From IMG/VR virus record IMGVR_UViG_2537562020_000008: a stretch of DNA of 22,406 nucleotides. One strand, 5' to 3'. Shown here piece by piece: positions 15,276 through 22,406 of the stretch; position 1 is the first letter of the stretch, and each line of letters begins with the position of its first letter. The notes below the pieces were generated by a model. It ran no database searches. It worked only from the letters and a program-made list of their open reading frames with translations, and was not told the DNA's origin. The position numbers and the translations under genes were made by a program. This stretch comes from a virus (lineage: Duplodnaviria > Heunggongvirae > Uroviricota > Caudoviricetes).

Positions 15276-16070
15276 TCACCAAATTCGCTTCGGGCTTGGT
15301 GTGTTCTCGCCAGCTAACGCTTTTTCATCAGCGACTATTTGTTGGGCTTCTTTATCAGCCTCAGCCTGTGCCAGTGTTGCTGCAGCGTTTTGCTGAGCTA
15401 CCAGAAGCGAGCGGATTTGCAGCAACTGGTTCGTTTGAGCACTGGCAAGCTGGTTAGCGGCCTGAATAGCTTCCATTTGCCCTTGTGCGCCGGTTGCCTG
15501 CGTTTGCAAATCTGCAAGGTTGTCAGCATCGCTTTGCAGTGTTTCCTGCTGTTCGTCAAGAGCCTTAAATACAGCGTCATTGGCCTTTTTACGTGCCTCA
15601 GAGCTGTTCTGTTCAGCTTTGCGCAGTGCGCTAATTTCATCCGCAGTACATTCAACATTACTGTTAAAGCACGGTGATGAGCGGTAGTAATTCACGTCCT
15701 GATAACGTTTCAGATATGAATCAAGACTCCCGGCCTGGTTTTTGTAGTAATTTAGGGTGTCCTGCGCCTGCAACAATTTGTTGATGGTCGAATTGGCCTG
15801 ATCCCAGATATAGGCTGCAGGTGCGACTGTATTTTTGAGCATGTTTTCATACTGCTGCAGCTGCGTCTGGTACTGCTGGATCTGTTTTGCCACAGCCTGA
15901 ACGTTGTTGACTGCGCTGATTGTGGTCTGCACCACATTAGTACCATCGATTACAGGGATACCGGCTGTCGCCGGTAATGCCATGATGGACGCCAGGAAGG
16001 AAGCAGCTAATGATTTTTTAGCTGCTAAAATCCCTCTCAGTGATGAAAATACTCGGAGCATTAACTTCAT
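15276..16070 (-). CDS. trbJ: TrbJ/VirB5-like type IV secretion protein
   Basis: Signal peptide then GIPVIDGTNVVQTTISAVNNVQAVAKQIQQYQTQLQQYENMLKNT, matching the TrbJ signature as recalled; Gln-rich coiled-coil C-terminus. Confidence 0.8.
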   Translation of the reverse strand: MKLMLRVFSSLRGILAAKKSLAASFLASIMALPATAGIPVIDGTNVVQTTISAVNNVQAVAKQIQQYQTQLQQYENMLKNTVAPAAYIWDQANSTINKLLQAQDTLNYYKNQAGSLDSYLKRYQDVNYYRSSPCFNSNVECTADEISALRKAEQNSSEARKKANDAVFKALDEQQETLQSDADNLADLQTQATGAQGQMEAIQAANQLASAQTNQLLQIRSLLVAQQNAAATLAQAEADKEAQQIVADEKALAGENTPSPKRIW

Positions 16071-16151
16071 TTGCCCACCTCAAATTTAACTGATTATTAA
16101 TATTGAAAACTCGTACTTTTAACAAATACAGATATTTAGGGAACCATAAAT

Positions 16152-16517
16152 TTATTTATTCAAGATTCTATCCATAATATTTCTTAGTTCTTGTCTGGTT
16201 GATTCTATTTTAGCAAGCAACGTTTTTATCAATGAGGGTGAAAAATCAACTGTGCGTGGATCGTTAGCTAACCACAGTTTAAGTAACCCACCAAGTCGAC
16301 CAAGATCAGCATTTACTCGGCTAAGCTCTACAACCTGTTCAATATCTACCATAGACTCAACCTGATAACCCATTGCTACTTTACGAATGAAACTCGCTAC
16401 ACTTAAGCCGGATGCTTCTGCATTATCCTGGATTTGCGCTTTTTCATCTGGCAAACAATAAACTTTAATTGGTGTACTATTTTTTCTAGTCTGAGAAACG
16501 GTCATATCATTCTCCAT
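16152..16517 (-). CDS. mobC: MobC-like relaxosome accessory protein (ribbon-helix-helix)
   Basis: 121 aa; RHH-like N-terminus (KVYCLPDEKAQIQDNAEASGLSVASFIRKVAMG) and DLGRLGGLLKLWL resembling the MobC-family conserved segment. Confidence 0.55.
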   Translation of the reverse strand: MENDMTVSQTRKNSTPIKVYCLPDEKAQIQDNAEASGLSVASFIRKVAMGYQVESMVDIEQVVELSRVNADLGRLGGLLKLWLANDPRTVDFSPSLIKTLLAKIESTRQELRNIMDRILNK

Positions 16518-16584
16518 ACAGGCGGTAGCCGATCAGCCTCGCAGAGCAGGACTCCGTTGAGCAGCTCAGCTGCGAATAAGGGAA

Positions 16585-16635
16585 GGTAAAGTAGAAGCAC
16601 CGTTTACGGTGGGCCTACTTTACATATCCTGCCCT
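16585..16635. other. oriT-like site: 9-bp inverted repeat around an inner palindrome, followed by a MOBP-type nick motif ATCCTGC
   Basis: Seen directly: GTAAAGTAG-aagcaccgtttacggtgggc-CTACTTTAC then acatATCCTGCcc at 16626..16632; lies ~70 bp upstream of mobC. Confidence 0.4.
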
Positions 16636-16787
16636 ACATTTGCCGTTGTGAATCTGTGTACGTATTGTGTATTTCTGTGTACTCAGTGTGTTTTCCTAAA
16701 GCATTTGTGCAGGATTAGTAGTGTAAAAATGTGCAGCATATGTGTTTATTGGAATGGAAATTATTTGAATGCCCCTAAGAGATATTT

Positions 16788-17081
16788 TTATTCTCGCGGC
16801 TTGGGTTTTGGCGGCCTGCCACGTTTCCTTTGACATCTATTTATCTCTTTCGCTATATCGTCATTTTCTGTCTTTGACTCAACAGATTTATCTATCCAGT
16901 CCTTAACATCTTCTCTACGCCAGAGAAGACGTTTATTACCGGGAAGACGGCATCTTGGTGGAAGACATTTTGGATTTCGCGTTGCATCACTGCGGATACT
17001 TTTTACAGTTTTCTTTAATGCAAAAGCCAACTCTTCAACGGTTATAAGTTCTGGCATAACTGATTTCATCGAAGAACCCAT
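16788..17081 (-). CDS. Excisionase/AlpA-like HTH DNA-binding protein with basic AT-hook-like tail
   Basis: 97 aa; LITVEELAFALKKTVKSIRSDATRNPKCLPPRCRLPGNKRLLWRREDVKDWI is an AlpA/Xis-type HTH pattern; C-terminal RKRGRPPKPKPRE. Confidence 0.55.
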   Translation of the reverse strand: MGSSMKSVMPELITVEELAFALKKTVKSIRSDATRNPKCLPPRCRLPGNKRLLWRREDVKDWIDKSVESKTENDDIAKEINRCQRKRGRPPKPKPRE

Positions 17082-17103
17082 CTCTCAGTAGAAATTTGAG
17101 GAT

Positions 17104-17131
17104 TTTAGCGGCTAAAATTTTAGCCGCTAAA
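17104..17131. promoter_or_regulatory. Perfect 28-bp palindrome just upstream of the excisionase-like gene (operator or bidirectional hairpin)
   Basis: Seen directly: TTTAGCGGCTAAAA|TTTTAGCCGCTAAA. Confidence 0.45.
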
Positions 17132-17382
17132 GTTTGCTAACCAACGTTATGAATTGAGAATAATTAAAACTTACTGGCAAAAAGAATAATGTCAACAGGG
17201 TTTTTATTCATCGGATTCTTACTCCATATGAAATTGGTTTTATTGACCGATTTCTGAATGACACTAAGGTTTTAATAATTCCTTTAATCTTTTTGGTTAT
17301 ATAAAAGGTTAAAGATCAGGTTAGAGAGGTGTGGAAAAGCGATATATTCACTTGTTTACTATGACAATTTTAAATTATATCC

Positions 17383-17448
17383 GTACCTCAAATGTCATGA
17401 AAGCGTACCTCATATGTCATAAAGGCGTACCTCATATGTCATATAATA
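17383..17448. repeat. Three tandem copies of a 22-bp unit (GTACCTCATATGTCAT core)
   Basis: Seen directly: gtacctcaaatgtcatgaaagc / gtacctcatatgtcataaaggc / gtacctcatatgtcatataata. Confidence 0.85.
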
Positions 17449-17528
17449 AAAAATAAGCAAACAAGTTATACACAATATTATTAACAGAATCTGTGGATAA
17501 ATACACAGATTATACATGATAAAATAGA

Positions 17529-17734
17529 TTGTTTAGCTAAACTAAATAACAATAAATAAAATGAAACAAAATGTAAATAACAGGGGGGGTGTAGGTGACT
17601 TATAAATTTGGTTAGCTAACCTTTATAAGAAACACTGTTTGTAAATGATTCATTTCTGACAACGGATATATCGAATTTGAGTAAGAAAAACACTTCAACT
17701 AACCTTACTCTCTGATTTGTTTAGCTAAACAAAT
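17529..17734. promoter_or_regulatory. Three palindromes with a shared TTAGCTAA core upstream of the HigA-like gene (putative operators)
   Basis: Seen directly: ttgtttagctaaac (17529..17542), ggttagctaacc (17610..17621), atttgtttagctaaacaaat (17715..17734, perfect 20 bp). Confidence 0.5.
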
Positions 17735-17775
17735 TACTGTAAGGAATCCGATGACGTTAAAAAAAAGGGGGGGAT

Positions 17776-18033
17776 ATGAGGACAATAAATGCTGCACCTT
17801 CAACTGTCGGAGAGATTTTATACGAAGAATTCTTGAAACCATTGGATATGCCTCCCGCAAGACTTGCTGAACTGATGGATACATCATATGAAAAAATTTG
17901 GGAAATAATTAAAAATGAGCGAAATATAACTCTTGAAGAAGCTATTCAACTCTCGATAATTTTCAATACAGATGCATCTTTTTGGGTGAAACTGCAAGAG
18001 CTACATGAGGCATGGTTTAATAAACAAAAGTAA
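17776..18033 (+). CDS. HigA-like HTH (XRE-family antitoxin-type) regulator, no cognate toxin ORF detected
   Basis: 85 aa; VGEILYEEFLKPLDMPPARLAELMDTSYEKIWEIIKNERNITLEEAIQLSIIFNTDASFWVKLQ matches the HigA/VapI pattern; preceded by an A8G7 homopolymer pair. Confidence 0.65.
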   Translation: MRTINAAPSTVGEILYEEFLKPLDMPPARLAELMDTSYEKIWEIIKNERNITLEEAIQLSIIFNTDASFWVKLQELHEAWFNKQK

Positions 18034-18233
18034 GGTTATTCAATTAGATTACTTAGTACTAATACATAATTTGCTTTGAATAATACTCATACATTTCTAA
18101 CGACTTATTAAAGCGATAATATACTCGGACGACTGAGGATTAAAAAATCCGATCCTTGATGATGGGAACCTGCCATGACTAGGTAAGTCATTTTAGCAGT
18201 GGTACAGGCGACATTAAAAGCCGATATAAAGAA

Positions 18234-18266
18234 GCCCGACTGGTAAGATCGGGCCTTTTTATTTTT
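18234..18266 (+). terminator. Rho-independent terminator
   Basis: GCCCGA-ctggtaaga-TCGGGC hairpin followed by CTTTTTATTTTT. Confidence 0.6.
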
Positions 18267-18688
18267 CCACTCTGGCCTGAATAGAACATCCTACATTAGA
18301 CGTTAAGATCTTACATCTAATTATCCGAAACTACTAATGGATGCGTAGTTGCATTTGACCTGACCGCCCATTTGCGGGTTACTCTACCATCGCCAATAAA
18401 GTCCGGCTACTCGAATTCGGAAGTATTAGGCTATAGGTCATAAACCTGAATAACTGCTATGTGCTGAAGCGGATAAAGCTGACATCATTATGCACCAATC
18501 AACTCGGTGTAAGTCAGCTAGTTGGTGATGGAGTGACTTGTCAATAGTTGTAGCCCCTACCAGTGCATCGGAGATTCTTGAGTGTAACCTTAGTTGCATT
18601 AATCAGAAGTAAAGGAAACGTACTATGAAAATCAGTACTCTTAATCAAGAGATCCCCCGTTCTCTCACGGAAAAGGGGGATTGAATTT

Positions 18689-19951
18689 TCAAATTTTCTT
18701 TTTAGCGATAAAAATACAGTAAAAATATAAGGTTTTGATAATGTGATTAATGCTGTGCACCTCGCGAAATAATAGTAATAGCTTCCTCATAAAAGACATG
18801 AAACTAAGTTCGTTGTATTTAGTGCGTTCCATTCCTTCCTTAGCGAAATAGTAGGTTATCATCTGAATTGACTCTTTATATTCATATTTATAATGTGCAA
18901 TGCCATTTCGCAGCTTGTTGTCTAAAGCATTGAGATCAACTATATAAAAGCTATCATCCAATCCGCTTATTTTCGTGCCTAAATCAACGTTTGCATATTC
19001 GTTGAGACTAGAAAAACCTTTAATTAAATCGCCTTTTTTATTTAGTCTTACTGAATCGTCAAAAATATTATGATCTCCGCGTTTTAATAAGTTATTCAAT
19101 CCGGCCACAATTATTAATTGCCGAGAGAATACTTCAGATAAGTCTTTGTAAAAATTGTTACAGTCATCAAATTCGGCAGTTGAAACTCGAGCAGGAATCA
19201 TTGATAAATCTACGTTTTTATCATAATCATAGTAAAGCGCTGGGCGTGAAGGGAGTTCAAAGTCAAGCATTTTGGGATATAGGCTTAAACAATCGAAATG
19301 CAAACTTTTCAGAAACCCACTTCCAATAATATCATCTAAAAATTTATTTAGCTGTTTTGGATGATTTTTCTGAATATAATGAAGAAATTGTGGCATTTTT
19401 TCACTAATTTCAGCATTATGTGCATGTATTGTAAAGGGAAATGACATTGCAGAGGTTGCTGTATAAAGTGCGGAAAGGATATCTTGTATTTTTAGCGAAC
19501 GAGGTTTTTTCAGAGTAGGTAATTCTTTCATTAGGTTACTGAAAGTATTGTAATTTCCTTGTTTGTATTGAGTAATGAGTCGCTGGAGCTTATCGCGATG
19601 TTTATAAATATAATTCATTCCATTTAGATGTGCGTTCAGCATTAAGTATTTTTCATGACCTATTGCACTTGTTATTTTTAAGAATGCTGTTTTTCCTTTT
19701 TCGTATTTTCCAAAGCCTACGGGAAAATCTAAATGCAAATCGATGAATGGATTTGTTGTGCCAAAGTCATTGCTTTCTACAGTTTCCGCACCGTTAAATA
19801 CAGGCTCTCCCTCCCCAAGAGTAAACGATATATTATTCTCACAATTTGGACATGCAAATTGGAACGGTTGTATGTCTCGATTAGACATACCTATTCTTGT
19901 ATCAATGACCGTGTCACATACAAGGCATTTAAATTGCTGTAAAAAATTCAT
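18689..19951 (-). CDS. Uncharacterised 420-aa protein: N-terminal CxxC...CxxC zinc ribbon and C-terminal R-N-x3-H (HEPN-type) motif
   Basis: C9/C12 and C34/C37 (CLVC ... CPNC); RNGIAH at aa 348..353; strongly AT-rich codon usage; no family recognised. Confidence 0.6.
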   Translation of the reverse strand: MNFLQQFKCLVCDTVIDTRIGMSNRDIQPFQFACPNCENNISFTLGEGEPVFNGAETVESNDFGTTNPFIDLHLDFPVGFGKYEKGKTAFLKITSAIGHEKYLMLNAHLNGMNYIYKHRDKLQRLITQYKQGNYNTFSNLMKELPTLKKPRSLKIQDILSALYTATSAMSFPFTIHAHNAEISEKMPQFLHYIQKNHPKQLNKFLDDIIGSGFLKSLHFDCLSLYPKMLDFELPSRPALYYDYDKNVDLSMIPARVSTAEFDDCNNFYKDLSEVFSRQLIIVAGLNNLLKRGDHNIFDDSVRLNKKGDLIKGFSSLNEYANVDLGTKISGLDDSFYIVDLNALDNKLRNGIAHYKYEYKESIQMITYYFAKEGMERTKYNELSFMSFMRKLLLLFREVHSINHIIKTLYFYCIFIAKKKI

Positions 19952-20198
19952 AAATATTTTATTAATCCTATAAATTATAAGTTAAGTATTAGTCTTTTAT
20001 CTACAAACCAAAGCCACTTTACTACTTTACCTAACTGCACTTTAAACAATCATAAGTTCTTTTTTTTTAAAAAGGTAGTCCAAAGATACCAATTTATTCA
20101 ATATCAACGAGAATTCGAGACTCCTATGTGAGTAAAAAACTATGAGCTTCATGCCATGCTTTCAATAAATGTCTTCAGTTACCCATAAATTTACTGGA

Positions 20199-20726
20199 TT
20201 AACAATTTGTAGTCTTTCCGACCAAATTACCGCGCGCAGTGTGACCCCATACTTTAGAGGTCACCTTATCTCTTTCCACTAGTTGTTTACGGTGCATCAA
20301 ATCGGCAAGCAGTATTGAAACAAAGAACATGAATTTTGTTTTGGGAGTATTAGGAACATCTTTGGGTCCAAGCCAAGGTAGCTGCTCCAGTTGATTTTGT
20401 ATTTTGGGTGTTGCGAAGCTAACACCATTCCAACTATGCCCAAAAGCATTTCTAATGCTACGCAGTGTGTTTAGTTCTTTGTATTCGTGTTCCATTATCA
20501 GTCCTAACGCATATGCTAAGCCTGTTCTAGCAGCAAAAGATGATAAAGGCGCTGTTGCACCATTCAGTAGACCTTTAGCTACTTTGTCATTTAACAGGTG
20601 AGCCTGGATGATCTCGGATAACCACTCATCGAAAATGGATGCTGCTATTAGAACAGAGCCACGATCTGATTCTTTATTTAGTTCGGACAAAAATTGACCG
20701 AGTTCAATTTGGGTTTTATCACTCAC
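20199..20726 (-). CDS. Uncharacterised 175-aa alpha-helical protein with R-N-x3-H (HEPN-type) motif; by-eye resemblance to MtlR/DUF4145-like domains
   Basis: RNAFGH at aa 92..97 in ...LAYALGLIMEHEYKELNTLRSIRNAFGHSW; by-eye resemblance to the MtlR helical domain. Confidence 0.55.
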   Translation of the reverse strand: MSDKTQIELGQFLSELNKESDRGSVLIAASIFDEWLSEIIQAHLLNDKVAKGLLNGATAPLSSFAARTGLAYALGLIMEHEYKELNTLRSIRNAFGHSWNGVSFATPKIQNQLEQLPWLGPKDVPNTPKTKFMFFVSILLADLMHRKQLVERDKVTSKVWGHTARGNLVGKTTNC

Positions 20727-21214
20727 AGACTCTGGAACTCCTTTCTCAAAAATTCAACATGAGGACGCTTCGGTCGCACATCAATCTTAACCATTAGATT
20801 ATGAAATTGTGTTAGGTCTGGGTCAAACTATGAACAAAAACAGAAAAAATTATTGTGACGTTATTTAGGGGGACCTACAATGACACATTTTAAACAATTA
20901 CTTTAATATCAATAAATTGGATCGTATTACTGTGTTCCTATTATTGGTTTAGCTCAGCTTGTCGCTCACAGCGGACCTTCAGCTCGATAGCAAGTCCGCT
21001 CCGTTGGAGTGCCAGATGCGCTCTAAATTTGATGGCTAGTATTGAAGAGATACTTGGGCATCATGGTTATGGTGTAAATACCGTCTGTGATACCCGCAGA
21101 GGTGCTAGGTTTAGGCACTGAGAAGGATACATTGAACATGAATTCAGAGTGATGTAACACAAGTCATAGAAAATTAGTGATTTATATTGAAAAGGGGGTT
21201 ATTTTATTAAAGCA

Positions 21215-21234
21215 AGGCCGCCTTTAGGCAGCCT
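21215..21234 (-). terminator. Putative terminator hairpin for the 225-aa gene
   Basis: On the minus-strand RNA: AGGCUGCC-UAAA-GGCGGCCU (one G-U pair) followed by a U-rich tract; 6 nt after the stop codon. Confidence 0.4.
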
Positions 21235-21240
21235 CTTATT

Positions 21241-21918
21241 TTACATGTAGATATTCATTAAACTGTCAAATAGTCTTTTGGTTAACTCTTTTTCCGCTCG
21301 TGCTTCGATTTGAGCCATACCATTTCGGAAGAGTTTTAATTTACCGCTAAATTCTTGGTCATGAATAGTACATGTCAATCGATCAAGTCTCATTTTTTTG
21401 TGAATAAGCTCATCTTTGAAATATTTTTTAAGATCGCTGGTACTATTAATTTGCATCTTGGCAAGAGCAAATTCAGCAACTTGAATTTGAGATACATCTA
21501 GTTGCACTATATTAAGTGTCAACTCTGTGTTTAAAGAACTGAACCATATGAACGGGTCAATCTCAATCTCTTCTAAGCTGGTACCAAGACCAAGGTTTTT
21601 TACCAGTGCCTGAGCAAATGGTTTAAGTGTTCTCGGTGGATTATCAATAAGTAAAACTGGGGTGTATTGTTCGTCAAAACTGAAAGATGTTACTCTATAT
21701 TCAATGCGTTCAACAGCGGTACTGTTGCCGTATAGATTACTTATTCTATCTTCGCTAATTATCTTTTCGATGAAGCGAGCGTGAAAATGAGATGTTCGTG
21801 ATTTATCAAATATAAACCCTTTCCCTTTCTCTTCAGTAAAAGGATCACGCATGAGTTTTTCAACTGTTTCACTAGTAGTGAAACGATTGTTGAGTTTAAT
21901 CCATTTAAATTTTTTCAT
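21241..21918 (-). CDS. Hypothetical protein (225 aa), unknown function
   Basis: Long ORF with AT-rich codon usage; 4-nt gap to the upstream small ORF suggests an operon; no family recognised. Confidence 0.55.
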   Translation of the reverse strand: MKKFKWIKLNNRFTTSETVEKLMRDPFTEEKGKGFIFDKSRTSHFHARFIEKIISEDRISNLYGNSTAVERIEYRVTSFSFDEQYTPVLLIDNPPRTLKPFAQALVKNLGLGTSLEEIEIDPFIWFSSLNTELTLNIVQLDVSQIQVAEFALAKMQINSTSDLKKYFKDELIHKKMRLDRLTCTIHDQEFSGKLKLFRNGMAQIEARAEKELTKRLFDSLMNIYM

Positions 21919-21922
21919 GCTC

Positions 21923-22120
21923 TTACACCTTTTTACCCGTCACGATATTATAGGCGTCTGCTGCTGACTGTTCAATTAGTAGGCTGATTTTCTTCTTTTC
22001 AACTTCATTTGCTGCACGAATAGTAACATTGTATCCACTACCTTTTTGGTTATTGATTCCTTTAATTTGATAGGAAAAATCAGAGCAATTTTCTGAATCC
22101 TTAAAGAAAGCTTCAACCAA
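21923..22120 (-). CDS. Hypothetical small protein, possibly 5'-truncated by the adjacent IS1
   Basis: Reading frame stays open into the IS1 terminus; the first candidate start is a TTG right at the IS1 boundary. Confidence 0.35.
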   Translation of the reverse strand: MVEAFFKDSENCSDFSYQIKGINNQKGSGYNVTIRAANEVEKKKISLLIEQSAADAYNIVTGKKV

Positions 22121-22125
22121 AATCC

Positions 22126-22406
22126 GGTAGTGACTCCAACTTACTGATAGTGTTTTATGTTCAGATAATGCCCGATGACCTTGTCATGCAGCTCCACCGA
22201 TTTTGAGAACGACAGTGACTTCCGTCCCAGCCTTGCCAGATGTTGTCTCAGATTCAGATTATGTCGCTCAATGCGCTGAGTGTAACGCTTGCTGATAACG
22301 TGCAGCTTTCCCTTCAGGCGTGATTCATACAGCGGCCAGCCATCCGTCATCCATACCACGACCTCAAAGGCCGACAGCAGGCTCAGAAGACGCGCCAGTG
22401 TGGCCA
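22126..22406 (-). mobile_element. IS1 (right-end inverted repeat at 22126..22148; element continues beyond window end)
   Basis: Terminus GGTAGTGACTCCAACTTACTGAT matches the IS1 IR as recalled, followed by insB coding sequence. Confidence 0.9.
22141..22406 (-). CDS. insB: IS1 transposase InsB, C-terminal part (5' end outside window)
   Basis: ...[71 protein letters not shown] matches the IS1 InsB C-terminus. Confidence 0.9.
   Translation of the reverse strand, partial: ATLARLLSLLSAFEVVVWMTDGWPLYESRLKGKLHVISKRYTQRIERHNLNLRQHLARLGRKSLSFSKSVELHDKVIGHYLNIKHYQ

Noticed and set aside
15339-15946. ORFs 15339..15677 (+), 15398..15658 (-), 15752..15946 (-) and 15242..15457 (+)
   Set aside because: Alternative-frame or antisense readings of trbJ, whose Gln/Ala-rich coiled coil generates long open frames on both strands.
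16609-16833. Plus-strand 74-aa ORF over the oriT-like region
   Set aside because: Cys/Phe-rich translation of the TGTGTA repeat region with no RBS; more likely non-coding relaxosome-binding DNA.
17383-17448. Possible CRISPR array
   Set aside because: Only three copies of a 22-bp unit with no intervening unique spacers and no cas genes; I saw no other regularly spaced repeat-spacer array in the window.
17705-17887. Minus-strand 60-aa ORF overlapping the HigA-like gene start
   Set aside because: Antisense to the HigA-like ORF, which has a clear HTH motif; no RBS.
20938-21010. tRNA-like stretch (ggtttagctcagcttg...) in the long intergenic region between the HEPN-motif gene and the 225-aa gene
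   Set aside because: It has a TAGCTCAG-like D-loop motif but no recognisable T-arm (GGTTCGAATCC-type) or coherent cloverleaf when folded by eye. It may be a structured remnant but I cannot support a tRNA call.

Overview
Window from an enterobacterial (E. coli-like) accessory region, read by eye without any search tools. It holds three blocks. (1) 1..~1340: the left part of an IS66-family insertion sequence on the minus strand, which appears to truncate a RusA-like resolvase gene. (2) ~1270..11113: the early/immunity/integration half of a P22-like lambdoid prophage: RusA fragment, LexA-DBD-only protein, Dam-type methyltransferase, PerC-like protein, O-like replication initiator with internal iterons, CII-like, Cro, divergent cI with TTGC-N7-GCAA operators, a moron locus with a ~90-bp IS1-end remnant, YfdQ/R/S/T-like cassette, Xis, P22-type Int, and a 49-nt tRNA-Thr 3' fragment as att core. 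(3) 11172..22125: a visibly AT-rich second island that starts with its own tyrosine integrase directly next to the same att core. It carries a membrane protein, a VbhA-like small protein, a truncated conjugation module (trbJ-trbK-trbL, mobC, oriT-like site), an excisionase-like HTH, repeat and palindrome arrays, a solo HigA-like HTH, and two unrecognised loci, ending in a partial IS1 at the right edge. The best candidate for an undescribed system is 18689..20726: two adjacent horizontally acquired genes that each carry an R-N-x3-H (HEPN-type) motif, one with an N-terminal zinc ribbon. The 225-aa/65-aa operon next to IS1 and the moron locus right of cI are weaker candidates. All family calls rest on recalled motifs and need homology searches.
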